DNA of 64,000 nucleotides from Balanoglossus misakiensis (Eukaryota > Animalia > Hemichordata), in assembly GCA_040954595.2 (NCBI GenBank), contig CM082579.2:10963625-11027624 (forward strand). The letters are read 5' to 3'. The position numbers and the translations under genes are program-made. This document shows positions 1 through 13,023 of this stretch, in pieces. The notes beneath the pieces were generated by a model that worked only from the letters and a program-made list of their open reading frames with translations, was not told where the DNA came from and did not search any database. Each line of letters opens with the position of its first letter. The first letter of the stretch is position 1.

Positions 1-1110
1 AGTGAACAACATAACACTGCTTTACACATTTTCTTGAACAATATATGTTCATCCTACATGTAGTATGGTTGACATGTTTGTGTGCATGGGCCTACATACA
101 TGTAGGTTGACTGTCACTGACACATATTTAACGTATACCAGAACACAGTGAAAACACCCCCTATTCTAATGGCAAAAAGTCTATAGTATTCTGTTTGTTT
201 GGTTTGAACATCATTTCACTTCATTTGGTCACCCTTTCTTAGCAGGTCATTGACTGGGTTACTGGTTCTAGATTTATATACAATAATTAAAATGGGGCAA
301 TCCATTAAGTCTTCTGTTTTACTTCCTTCACCACATATTTCATGATTTATATATTTTAAATCACACATTTTCTTAATTTTAAATTTAATTGGTTTTGTGA
401 CTTCACATGTTGAATTTATTAGTCCGAACACAGAATTGCTGATTCAAATTCATGATGGTTCATTTGAGGCCACCACCCCCTAAGGGACAATGCGTTATCG
501 ACCTCCTGTCCAAACAACCAGAAAGAGGTCAGCGATATACACAAAGGGTTTCTCACTCAATTGTGGCATTCCAAAAGTGAAAGAATGTGAAGTGAAAAAG
601 AAGTCAAACACTCAACTGTCAAATAGTAAAGCATGCGAACATTTATGGTAGACTCAGGTCAAAGGTCATGAGTTGTACGGCGTATATTCAAAGCCGCATC
701 ACGTAGTGAAAGTAATCCGCCATATGCAAATTTATAAGGTATAAATAGAAAAGGTGTCATCCGGACTATCTCTCCTCATTGCAAACGGGGAGAAGGCGAC
801 ACAGAAGTAGGCTAAGACCCGATGGTGTAGAGGAGATACGGAGAGGGTCGGCGGTCTCCCGCCCACCCACCCCATGTATATATTGCTTTCGCCACGGATA
901 AGCCCACCAGAATTTCGACCCAATCCTAACAATGGCTATATCCCTGATCGAAGTGATAAGGCTTTAAATATATAGTCACTTTGAGAAGGGTTCAGGGAGT
1001 GGAGAGGGACGAATGGCCGGGAAGTGAGACTCGATGCGCGTCGTTTCAATACCAAATTCAAGTCTAATTTATTATCACAAACTCTGCGGTTTATATACCG
1101 TGTGGTGAAC

Positions 1111-1792
1111 CACAGACCAAGAGAAAAAAACAGACTAGCAACGCGGCATGTCCCTTTGATGTCTTGTTCACCTCGGCAAACAACGGCAAACAATAGGCTT
1201 CAAATGTGTCAAATGGGTTAGACACCGAGGAGACTTCCCAGAATACTTTGCGGTTGCGTCATTATCGACAGCTGCAGTACCTTGCCTGACACAGCTTTGC
1301 ATTCAGGACTCGACTGAAACACTACTTGACGACAACCACGATTTACACTTGATTTACACGTTAGAAGTAGTATTTGCATCTACAACCTATGCAAGTTTAC
1401 AGAACACGATTCGGCGAACAGGAATCTATTCCAAAAAATCGAGATTGATGATTAAACCTTTTCAAATTTACGATCGAACACACTTATTATATATTCATAT
1501 TTTTTATTGAAATGGTCAAACTCATCTCTCCGATGCTCAAACTTCCTCAAATTTTCGCTGTACACTCGCCTTCCATCTACAGCTGACTGACAACAACAAC
1601 ACAAACTTTCACGAAAACACTTTCGTTTCATAATCGGGAAAATTCCGGACATTGCCGAAGTGGATACGTTCGGAAATCTTCGGAGACAAGCTGCACCTTG
1701 AAGGTGAGCTGAGACACGCATAGGGGGATTAGGAGATGTACTTCACACCTTTTGACAATAGCGTTGCTAGTCTGTTTTTCTCTTTGTCTGTG
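1111..1792. mobile_element. Non-autonomous TIR DNA transposon (CA...TG ends, 7-bp TSD; P-like)
   Basis: TIRs of about 33 bp: CACAGACCAAGAGAAAAAAACAGACTAGCAACGC (1111-1144) matches the reverse complement of 1761-1792. Direct repeat GGTGAAC at 1104-1110 and 1793-1799. Confidence 0.8.
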
Positions 1793-2603
1793 GGTGAACC
1801 TTGACATTTGTTCACACCTGATACAATAGGTTTGGTGACCGGCGTCACACAGGTAGCAAATAAAGGAATTACATGTCTGATGAAGGAATTGCATGTCTGA
1901 CAGACAAATTGTGGGCGGAGCCTAATAGTAATATACAATGAGTGTGGTCTCCGACATGATAGCATTGCTCGATATTCTGTCAATAAATTCACAGTGTGTA
2001 CAACAAAATTGACGTCAAATATATTGATTCAAAAGGTCAACTGAGTTCAGACCAACCTCCCACAAACAGAACAAAACTGTGCATATCATGTTATTGTTAA
2101 TGACGAGGAAGTACAAAATTATATCACTTTCTTCAAGTCTTAAACCAGTGTTTTCTCTAGGATGTTGAGAGAAGGGGGGAATATCCCCCCTTAGTCCAAA
2201 ATTAAGGGGGGATTTGGTCAAAATAGGGGGGAATCATGATTTGCATAATTTATGTTAATTAGGTAAACATCAAGGAATGACAATTTTGAACGTTAACTTA
2301 CTAACTGCCTTCATTCCATATTAAAAACAGCATAAGGAAATTACAACATTTTACATGTGAACTTGACAACATATTAACAGTTACAGTTTTTTCTACTTTA
2401 AATTAGTAGATTTTGCAGAGGAAGACACCAGCTTGCATAACTTTCAGGGCATGTAATTTAACAAATGCTGGAGAGCTGAAAATAACTCTCCTGAAATTAA
2501 TTACACAAGTAGTAGGAGAGTGACTGATTAACTGCTCCCCTGGCAAGTAGAGTGAAATGAATAAAATAAATGCAACTGCAAAAACAATAGTGTCTTTCTT
2601 TAA

Positions 2604-2950
2604 AGGGACAAAGTCTCTCTCCAGCTGCCCCTTTTCCATTAATTATGTTTGATACAAGACACCATTTATGTTAATGTAAATGTGGATATATAGTGAATCA
2701 ATGATCAACCACGTAAAACTTCCATCCCACTTGTATGATATGAGAGTAAAAACTCGCCCAAAGTGAATAAATGGTAAAGAACGATTATTCATTTTGGCGA
2801 GTTTTTTCACTCTCCTGTCTATAAGAGGGATGGAAGTTGTGTGTGGTTGAACGTTCATTCACTATATATCCACATGTAGAATAACAAACGGTGTCTTGTA
2901 TCAAATATAATTAATGGAAAAAAGGGCAGCGAGAGAGAGACTTTGTCCCT
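2604..2950. mobile_element. MITE with TTAA TSD (Kolobok-like ends AGGG...CCCT)
   Basis: Imperfect TIRs of about 70 bp (AGGGACAAAGTCTCTCTC...TGATACAAGACACC vs GGTGTCTTGTATCA...GAGAGAGACTTTGTCCCT). TTAA at 2600-2603 and 2951-2954. Confidence 0.85.
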
Positions 2951-3381
2951 TTAATACTATACCTGAGAAAAAATTTTCTTGTTTGATTTTAAAAGTTTCA
3001 GTTTAGCTGCCAAAATATTAGATTGTGAAACCATTAATAGTGAAATAAATTGAAGTGGTATATATTTCTTCAGATTTCTGCCTACACTTCCCCATCTGTG
3101 GGTAGGCACACTACTCAAATAAACAGTCTCTGTACATCTTGAATGACTTTCCTTCCTAAGTAAGAAAACAAGGTCATGGAAAACTGATACATTCTTGATA
3201 ATCGCCATTCCATGAACGCAGTTTCTTTAATTTGCATAAAATTGTTACGTTCTGCCTAAACAATTTCAAAAGTCGCCATAACAACAAGTTCACTTGAGTG
3301 CAGAGTGTGTGCTCTAAATTTAGACGGTATCCAGATAGGCTGTTCCAACAATTGCACACTATAGCCCTGGAGCTAAATTAC

Positions 3382-4145
3382 GGCTAGTTATACTTTGCGA
3401 AACAACGAAACAGCGAAACGACGAAACCATTATTAAAATAGGGGCCAGTCATCAAGACGGTGGCGTATGATTTTTTTAAAAGTTTCCAAATTAAAACGTA
3501 AGCGAGCCAAGAAAACTACAGGTCAGATATATTGTTTTCTCGGAAATTCAACATTAGAATTTGGCGTTGGAAACAAACGGCGGGTCGCCAGTTCCTGGTC
3601 TGCGGCCTGGTACTATGTAGTGGTAGAGTCGACGTCGTGTGCGCGCAAACGATTCATGCCAAACTGCTACATATACACAGTGAATATACGCGCGCACAAC
3701 GAAACCACAAAAGATCGAAACCTCAAAATGCGGCAGCAACTGACACTATTTCCTTAAATACCACAAGGCGGGGAGGCATGAATTGCAATTAAGATAATAA
3801 AGAAATTTCGACAATGACACTGTGTTGTGTGAGTTACATGTGTTTCTATATATAACTACTACTCTTACCCCCCATCAGTGTTTGACCCTCGAAAGCTTAC
3901 GGACACTACTGCTTTGTTTCAACTAATCCTTAGCCCTGTGAATATACTCGTACATTGACCTTTTGGGGCGGGATTCTTTTTTGGCGCGCAACCACTAGTA
4001 CCAGGCCGCAGACCAGGAACTTATTTGGAAACTTTTAAAATAATAATACGCCACCGTCTTGATGACTGGCCCCTATTTTAATAATGGTTTCGTCGTTTCG
4101 CTGTTTCGTTTCGCTGTTTCGTTGTTTCGCAAAGTATAACTAGCC
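3382..4145. mobile_element. Mutator-like MITE (long TIR, 9-bp TSD)
   Basis: TIRs of about 110-120 bp beginning GGCTAGTTATACTTTGCGAAACAACGAAACAGCG. TSD CTAAATTAC at 3373-3381 and 4146-4154. Additional internal inverted repeat at ~3590-3615 vs ~3996-4021. Confidence 0.9.
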
Positions 4146-4595
4146 CTAAATTACACGTATAAGAATGTGAAAGTCATCTACATATAGTTTTGGGGGTGGG
4201 AAGTTAAAATGTATACGCAGTAATATCGGCCGTTTTCCCAGTGTTTTGACTGACGGTGTCTGCTATGGAGGCTTGGACGCGCATGTACTGGCCGGGTGGG
4301 CTGCTCACGAAGGGGCGATTGTCGCCCCCTGAACTTGTTACAAGGGGCGATTTAAGTGTAAAAGAGGGGGAATCGCGCGTCCTGGAGAAAACACTGCTTA
4401 AACGACCTTAAACTTCTAATTCCACATTTCAAACTAGAGTAAACAAAATGACAGAGCACTATTAAGTGACCCAGTATACCATTACCTGTTAACGTTTTAC
4501 CCATCCATTTGAAATGTATTTCTCATTTCTTGAAGTCAGTCGATACACATGGCAGGCTACATTTTCTGTACTGAGATCATCGCAGCTGTTACTTA

Positions 4596-4830
4596 CCTGT
4601 TGATTTGCACAGAATCGCGATTAGGTCTAATAGGACGTCCTCCCTTTGTGATTAAATGTGCCCAAGAGTGTCAGTCACATCAAGTGAACGCGAGAAATGT
4701 GATTCACAGGTGAACATTTACCGTGTTGTTGACTCGTACAGATTGCGGAAAAGGACAGTTACAGTCACATACTTGTTCAGCGACGCCATCTTTAGAGCGC
4801 GTGGTGCATTGTGGGATTGTTTGGGGGCAA
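4596..4830 (-). promoter_or_regulatory. Putative promoter/first exon of a leftward-transcribed gene
   Basis: The minus strand reads TCCCACAATGCA (ZNF143/Staf-like), then AAGATGGCG (YY1-like, overlapping an ATG), with a strong donor CAG|GTAAGT near 4596. Downstream exons were not identified. Confidence 0.35.
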
Positions 4831-5196
4831 ATGTATGTTAGAACCAATTTTCACATTTTTTTGTCTGGCTGAGGAAATGAATGATAAAAAACTTGTTTTG
4901 TAAATAAAAAGGGACTGAAAACGAGACACTATTTACTAGACAGTGTGACATATTTCTTTCTTTTCTTCATGTAAGTTAGTCGATGTAAATATTTTAATAG
5001 AAGTTTTGAAAAAAAAAACTTATGTACATCAGAATTTATAGTTTGTCTGAGCATGTCTGTAGTGTGACTTAGGCTTTGTATACAGCTGTAGAGGATTACA
5101 TAGAATTTCTCTGAAATGTGTTCTGTCCAAAGCTGTTTATATACAGGCAATGTTTATGAACATTTGTAAACAACTGAGAGATTTCTAGCTTTTGAA

Positions 5197-5232
<36 letters not shown>
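5197..5232. repeat. (GAT)n microsatellite
   Basis: About 12 perfect GAT units. Confidence 0.95.
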
Positions 5233-5235
<3 letters not shown>

Positions 5236-6354
5236 GTACATCTAATGCAAGATTCTGCAAGTGTCTCTAGCACTCACAAGGATAGTCATGCTTGAATCTA
5301 GGTGATGTTGCCATTTGGTTAATTGGAAGGGCTGTCACAAGAAATCTTATTCTGAACTTATGGGTTTGTGATGAAAAACTGAATATTATTAAAATTGAGT
5401 CAATAATTTCATGAATCATTGCTCCACTTTGTTTTAGTTTGCTGGCCAGTCCCATGTAATTTTAAACAAATGAAAATTAGCCCTAACTTTTTGTAAGGGG
5501 AAACTTTGGAGTAGAACAAACAAGAAACCACTTTGCCACAATGCAAAAGTAAGACGTCTTTAAACACTTGTATACTTGGGACGACTCATCACTGGTAGAA
5601 ATCTTAAGAAATCCAAAATAGGTGGAAAATAACAACTTCTGTACTGATCAACACGCATGTTCGTGCTGTAGCATTGAAATATTTCAAAGATTTGTGATTG
5701 GAGTCACTCAAAAGAATTACGGGAAAATTAATACCACCTTGTCTAAATGCGTTCTGAATGATTGAGGTGTGTGTGAAAAGCTTGTTCAAGTCTGTCATGC
5801 ATACATGTACACCCAGGTGAGACATTGGAAATGAAACAGAGAAAGAATGTCAAGTGTGTTGCAATAAATCTATAAGAACTTTATTACAATGATGAAACGT
5901 TCATATACAGGATTTATGTCTAAAGTATATATTTACATTTTTTCTCCTGTTGTAAATGACAATTTGCTCCAAAACTTCATTGAAGAGACAAAGTCTTTAT
6001 TTTTTATCCTCTTTGTGATATCAAGAACACATGGAATGTCTCTCAGTGCACAAATCAATGGTGTTTCATGACTTAAAAGTGTAAAATATTGACCCCTTTG
6101 CTGTATGTAAAGAAAAAAATTAGTTTGTTCCCTCTTTATAGGTTCAACGCACCCCCGGGAACGCACCTTACCATAAAAAAACAATTGATTTGGACTGATC
6201 CATGGTGGTGAAAGGATTCAGAAGCCCACTAGGAGAATAACAGTACCGGTATAGTGTCATTTTGTTTGTCTAGTCAGACTGCCCATAATTCCCATGTACA
6301 TAGTGGAATCTGTTCAAAGTTCATCATTATATAAATATTAAGATTTCTTGTATA

Positions 6355-6562
6355 CTGTAAAACACTTTATTTTCGCGAGTTAAATTTTTCGCGATATCAA
6401 GAGAGGCCACTGTTTCGGGAGTATTAATTTTCGCGTTCTCTTATTTCATTCACTACATCGTTATCTTCAAAAACAATTTACGTGACTTTTTATTTTCACG
6501 CTATTTTGGCTCTCGCGTATTTGGCGAAAATTAATTGCTCGCGAAAGTAAAGTGTTTTACAG
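6355..6562. mobile_element. Tc1/mariner/pogo-type MITE (TA TSD)
   Basis: TA-CTGTAAAACACTTTATTTTCGCGAG ... CTCGCGAAAGTAAAGTGTTTTACAG-TA, with internal TTTTCGCG motifs. Confidence 0.85.
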
Positions 6563-7248
6563 TATATACAAAAAGCAATCACTGCATAATAGTGCTGAAT
6601 TAATACAGGTAACTACACTCAAGAAATGCTAAGCTATAAGAAAATGTTCCTGTATGGGCTTTTATAATCTCCAAACAAAATATGATTTTGCGAAGCTGAA
6701 CAAGAAGCGCATATACTCTTCATCGTAGTCTGGTTATAAGCTGCATGCAGTAACTGGACGATCTGAAACCATAGGGCGAGTTGACCTTGGAAGCAGCCAT
6801 CTTGCTTATGGGTCAGGTGACTGTTCTCCATAATACAATTGGGGGAGGGGGGGGGGGGAAGAACAATACATCAATTAATTATTTATAAATAAACAGTCTT
6901 TTCTTGACCAAAAAAAAACAATTACAGATTAAGTCCCCTTCTCCAATATTGTAGGAATTGAGATATCCACACATTGACATACACACACGCATGCACGCAC
7001 ACACACACACGTACGTACTCCCTATAGCCTATGTGGGGACACTGCATGAAAAAATAACACTTTATTCAACAATATTGCAATTAATAATGGACAGTTTTCA
7101 ATTATCATTAATCAATATTTTAACTATGCAGCCTAAGTTACATGTATGCCAAACAATTTAATATGGGGACATGTGTATATGCCAACATGTGTAGGATAGG
7201 GAAATTGAACACAGTCCATCTGATTGACAAACCAATGAGTGAAACTGT

Positions 7249-7931
7249 TTACATATCTGAACAAAATCCCTGTGCCCCAAGAGATTGTTTGCATGGTCGA
7301 CTTTCTAATGTATTTAACTTTTGTACCTTTGAATGATGCTGAGGCCACTTCACAAGTTTATCTGCCAGAACCTTGAGATTGACATACTGCAGTAGCTCTA
7401 TACCAAGTTGTCTGTCAGTTTCACTGAAGTGCCCCATATCATACAGGGCCTTGAATAAATCCCACGGATAGCGCATTCTCTGACACTGATGGTATGACAG
7501 GATAGGCTTATCACCAACAGTACACAGGAATATCATCTGATCAAATTGCACTAGGTACGAGAAGGAAAAGAAAGTATTAATGAGATAGATGGTACATTCA
7601 TCACAAACATATTCTATTCCATTATCAAAAACATAATACAGGCATCTATGGTACCGGTATTTCTCCAAGAAGTTAAAATTCCAGGGAATTTTAATTTATT
7701 TATATATAAATATTGATACTCTCAATGAATTCATCATTATTTCTTCTTAAACTTCATGTTGGTAAGAAATTATCGTATGGATTATAGAGATTATCTTCAT
7801 GTTCAATTTGTCTTACCTTCTGTGATTTGGTGACACAACTTCAGAACATGTATCCAAAAAGGACTCAAGTACACTTCATTTGTGCCAACATTCATATTGT
7901 CTTCAACACACCTGTGTGCTTTGCTTGCCAT
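7249..7931 (-). CDS. Small single death effector domain (DED) protein, 138 aa, 2 coding exons (7931-7817, 7550-7249)
   Basis: A phase-1 GT-AG intron joins MASKAHRC...SPFWIHVLKLCHQITE to VQFDQMIFLC...WDLFKALYDMGHFSETDRQLGIELLQYVNLKVLADKL. This fits the DED pattern F..ll.is..lt..el..lkFLC...dLF..Le..g.ls.....l.eLL..i.r.dL. AATAAA on the minus strand at ~7066-7061. Confidence 0.75.
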
Positions 7932-10900
7932 CTTAAGATTAGGGCAGTCTCACACGTAAACTAGAAAATAAACATAAGTATGCAATGTTTCAGATAGGCT
8001 GCAAGATTCATGGATTGCAGAATATGTACATTTTTGCAAGCTTTTGCAGCACTGACACACCCATTCCACTGGTTGAAAACAATGACATGAAACACATAAA
8101 CAATTGATAGTCAAATATTAATTCCAAGGAACATGATCTACTAAACAGTATGCACAACAAGCACCTGTCTACCTACTTATGGGTCCATCGCTCTACTGGG
8201 GTACCACTCCTATGCTGGTTTGTGTTGGGGAGTGGGGCTACAGTGTTATGAATGAGGTGCCTACTCTAGCACGCAAGGGAAGGGGTTGTCGCGCCGCGTG
8301 GGTGTCCCCCTTGTCATTTTGAGAATATCTTACAAATCTAGGACCACACTGAGTCAGTACAGGATCATTCAAGACACAATAACAGAAGAGGCAGCAAATT
8401 TGGCAAAAATAGAAAATGCAAGATATCAGCTCACATGGAAAAACACAACACGAAATACCCAAAAAACTTGCAAACTAATTCAAAAAGCAATATGTCAAGT
8501 AGTAACTTTTGGATGACAATTAAACACTTGAAAAAGTAAAGTATGAACAGTGTTTCATGTCAAACTTGTGTTTGGTGTAGCCTGTGGTCAACAAAAGTAC
8601 TTACCAGTTACTACCCTAATAAATATTAACTAACTTGTAACAGGAACATTTGCATAATTTATGTATTTATTCATCCGTTTCACGTTTCACCATTTGTACT
8701 TTCTGACAGTACCTTTTGCTTCTAGAAAGAAATTCTAAGAATTTTCAAAAACATACAAGTATAGCCTAACATTAATTTATTTATGAATTTTCACCAACAC
8801 AAATATCAAGTACTTTTAACAACAAAGTGCAATAACTGCACTGTAAAAACAGAAGACTAAGAATTGCATTGTATTTTTATTAAAAATGAGATAATTTCAG
8901 CACAAATTTGAACTTGTTGTCGATGAACTTGTCATAGATGAATATGTTAATTGATCTTGCATAAAATTTCACACATTTCAGGAGTTTTTACTCAGAATTC
9001 TTAAACATAGATTCAGTAATGACTTCTTCAACACATTTCTTTTGAATCTGACATAAAATGTACTTTCAATACATTCTTTCGAAATTGTCAGTGCAAAGCA
9101 TACAATGCAAATGTTGATTCGGATGAACTTGCAGCATTTTCCACATAAACTGTGGGAACAATAATTAAAGAAAAAAGCTAGAACTCACCGGAACGACTCA
9201 ACTGCAGACAGAAACCAACATATACTCACACTAGTACGTAATAAGGAACCCCCAGCACACAGTAATTTTGCCGACCTTTAATAATATGTTTTACCACATA
9301 CCTTAATTTCAACACCTGTGTTTAAACTCCCATCATTATTATGAAAAATGTACAAAGCTGTAAGTTGCATTCCGTAATGACCTCGACGACCATGGTTAAT
9401 AGGCTCCAGCATGCAGCACCAGTGAATACTTCGAAATTAGCTGTAAAGCCAAAACAGATAACACTGGAGGTTATGGTTGGAATTTAGGTAGCAGAGCTAT
9501 AATTTAGGGTTTGACTACAGGTCGCACCGTAGTTGACAGCGCTTAGTTAGAACACAGGCATCGGAATAACACTCCGCCGGGATTTTAGCAAAACAAGAAA
9601 GAGAACAGAGATTTTGAAAAAAATCAACCTGATTTTCATAAACGTTGGCCGTAAATAATTATGACGACTCCCTAAATATTCGCCACACGAACAATATACT
9701 GACCTGTTCGTTGACATGATTGTTGTTTGCCATACTAGACTCACACTGCCAAATCCTCGAGCAGCTACACCTGAGGCTGCAGCTCCAGTAGCATGACAAG
9801 TCCAGAGTGTATTCTGTATTTGGCTAGTAAAAAGTACTAGGATACGAATCTGCTGTAGTGCTTTCCATACAGTGCCAAAAAATCTGCTATCGTCACCTCT
9901 TTCAAAAAGCACGCTGGTCGTATGATTTTATTATGTGTACATTCAGATCTGAGGTAAAAAGACATGCGCAGTGCAGACACAATAAATAGTTAGCTGGTTA
10001 GGGGTGCTTGTAACAAACCATGCCAAAAAAAGCTCACGCTGTACAAATGCATTGCGCATAGTTGTGCGCCTTCTTTGACAATGGTTCGTCGATTAACAAT
10101 GGAGGGGTGGTCGAGACTTTGATTCCTAAGCGCATCAACAAAAATGGAGGTGCTTGGGTTACTCAACCGTCGATCTTCCCGAAGTAAAAACTACACAGGG
10201 ATTAATATACACGAACAACAACATTCTAAATGCATTTTTATAGTTTATTTTGAGTCATTTTCTGCAAGGAATAAATCACGCACATTTGTCCCTCCGTTTT
10301 GGAGCCTTCATTTTTTCAGTGATGTATCCCCAGTTTTATGGAGTTGCTGGTTTCAAATTAAAGTTGCTGGTTCTAAAACTTTTCCAAATTGAAGCTTAGT
10401 AATTGACTCAAAGCCATACTTTTGCCCGGAAAAAACTTCGCTTGCCCGAGTATGTTTCCAAGCTTCCGAAGTTGGTCATGCCTTATTTAGCGAAAGTTTG
10501 GCATGGTTATTACCCTGGGTTATTACTGCCGAGACGAGATTCAAGACACTGCACAAGGCTATCGTCCCCGATGATGCAACCACCTGAACGTGAAATTAGC
10601 AGATAGTGCTATTAATAATATTAAATTACTAATAGCTATACAAAATAACAAAAAATGTTGTTTCTGTAACACCATGGACGTAGAACTAGAATGATTTTGA
10701 TCGTGTTTTGATGCGGAAGTCAGTCTTGCCGCGAAATTCGCACGTTTACTGATGTAATTAATTAACATAACGATAGCGCGGCGCGAATTTTGAACTAACC
10801 ATGACGGCGTCCTTAGAAACAAACTTGCTGTAAGTTGGAAATTTGAAAGCATTCACTCATAAGTAAGCCAGTCAGTACTACGCCAAACCTGACGATGGCG

Positions 10901-11497
10901 ATGATATGCGCTTTGTCACCACGTACACGGTCTCAATACCAAGATTTATGCAGTGGTGAGCGCCGTCGAGTCTATGGTAGATATGCATTGTTTGCTGCAG
11001 TGGTAGGAAGGTGAATTTTTATGCAGGTTTCATTACGAAATGTTTCCTTGATGTACAGGAGTTGAGATATTTGTACAAATAGCCGACGAATTTTAAAACT
11101 GCCTGTTTACTTCGCATGTACGTCACCGGGGTACGTCAACATCAGTCACCTGCACTTAATTATATACTGCGTTGCGCTAGTCTGTTCCTCGTCGCGTTTG
11201 TCTGTTTGGTGATGTCTCAGAAACTATGAATATACACATACATATTCTATGTATGTTAGTAGGCTTTGAAACTCCCTTTAATCAGAAATGTCGAAGGAAT
11301 TTGGCGAACAACCTAAGCTCCTTTACGCGGATACGGGACCGGGGAACCAGACGCCATAATATTTGAAATGACGCCATTGTGATGTCAAGAATGTGCGAAA
11401 TCCGTCCAAATGAAAATATTTAGTGAAATATATTTTATTAAGTGTTGTTATTAGTAATCTGGGTCATTACTGCACTATTCGGGTGCAAGTTCAACAA

Positions 11498-11571
11498 CTG
11501 GCCGACTTCTCGTACTGGCCGACTTCTCATACGCGCGTACTGGCCGACTTCTAATCTGGCCAACTTCTCAT
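11498..11571. repeat. Four copies of CTGGCCGACTTCT(C)
   Basis: Direct repeats separated by irregular short spacers. Confidence 0.8.
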
Positions 11572-12049
11572 GTATTCGGTAAACACTCATTTCGTTTATA
11601 CTTAACCAAGTTAAAGCGTCCGAAACGACAATTCATCTAACTCCTTTAACTCTATTTCTGTACTATTGGTTTCTCCTCATGATTACGGCCAGAAGTCTCA
11701 AGTAGTTGGCTCCAGCAGAGAAAACTTTTCGAATCACGCTGCATACGCGTCCGGGTTAACTCGCGCATGCGCGTTGCGTTTGTACAGCGTCGGCGGAAAA
11801 AGTGGCCTAGCTATGACCTTTTTTGTTAACCCATGGAGATAAAACTATGTTGTGATTGCCGATGCGGTGAAACGTATTGAATGTCAATGTTGTCTGCCTG
11901 TACGACTAGTCTGGTCCCCGGCCCCTATCCCACCGCTGGCTGCACCAGACAATTCGAGGTTCTGTAATTTCAAACACTAGAGGGCGTTGTCTGAACCCGG
12001 CTGTGCAATGCCTCGTGGATAAAGTACAGTGGCCCGTATATGACAGCAT

Positions 12050-12250
12050 AAATCTCTAATTAAGTGGACAGAACTTTAATTATGCCGGACAAAACTCCTA
12101 AATTGATGGACACTACTATAACTTTGTCGGACAAAACTCTCTAAATTTGTCAGACACAACTCTCAAATTGATAGACACAACTCTAATTTCGCCTGACACA
12201 GCCCTTTATTTGTTGGACACAACTCTAATTTTGATAGGCGCAACTTTCAG
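12050..12250. repeat. Degenerate ~21-bp minisatellite (GGACA(C/A)AACTCTAAATTT-like, about 9 units)
   Basis: Recurrent GGACA/AGACA-nAACTCT-AATT units. Confidence 0.7.
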
Positions 12251-13023
12251 AGCACCCTGGCGTCAGCGTTCTCGCTGGATACACCAGAGCGCCCTCTAGT
12301 ATAATCATGTCGTTGATGTATTTAGGGAGCTTTCAATTAATTTCAATTAGTAGGGGTGGGTCGGGAGTGGGCGTACATAAGAGTGTAACATCTCCGGGAA
12401 TATCGTCATTTTTATTGGAAAAATGCAAAAAGCTTTGATTCAACAATGCCAATACACTCATAGACTGTGTTAAGCAAAAAAGTGCTAGTGGTTCTTTGAG
12501 GTTCAAACAAGAAATTGGCATAGCTATGCAGAAAACAAAACTAGCAGAAACGGTAATAATAGAAGTTTATTGTAAAAATGTTGGTGTTAGTCACAGTTAA
12601 TATAATGTCAAGTATGATGGTGCTATTGTTGTATTAATTGAACAAAATTAACATTATAACACGAATGGAGGAATTCGGGAAACTTTTCTGTAACTAAAAT
12701 GTGTGGAAATCTCAGTTGTATTTCGGAGTCACTGTCACTGTATTTGTCATTTTGTTATGTTCAAAAATTTACAAATTCACAATTTTATTCGTATGCAATC
12801 ATTCAAAATATACTTTCAACCATGTTTTATGACAAAAGGTTTTTATCTGGATAAACATACATTGTATTACTAAATTGGTCACGCGGCAATGGCATATTTC
12901 TATGTAATTTTCGATTCATCAGTATTTGAAAAATTATCTTGAAATATGTTAACTGAAAATTCCATGCAAATGTTAAGTTGTATGGTGTATTTTTTCGGCG
13001 GCGGGTATCAATGCACCAGCAAC

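Larger units (their letters stand above)
2146..4396. mobile_element. Non-autonomous TIR DNA transposon (hAT/P-like) hosting two nested MITEs
   Basis: Ends CAGTGTTTTCTCTAGGA / TCCTGGAGAAAACACTG with subterminal AGGGGGGAAT/AGGGGCGATT motifs. CTTAAAC is duplicated at 2139-2145 and 4397-4403. Confidence 0.8.

Noticed and set aside
1452-1721. 89-aa ORF with CCCC inside the first TIR element
   Set aside because: No recognisable transposase or THAP motif.
11498-12250. CRISPR-like repeat arrays
   Set aside because: Repeats are too short or degenerate, spacers are irregular, there are no cas genes, and the context is eukaryotic.
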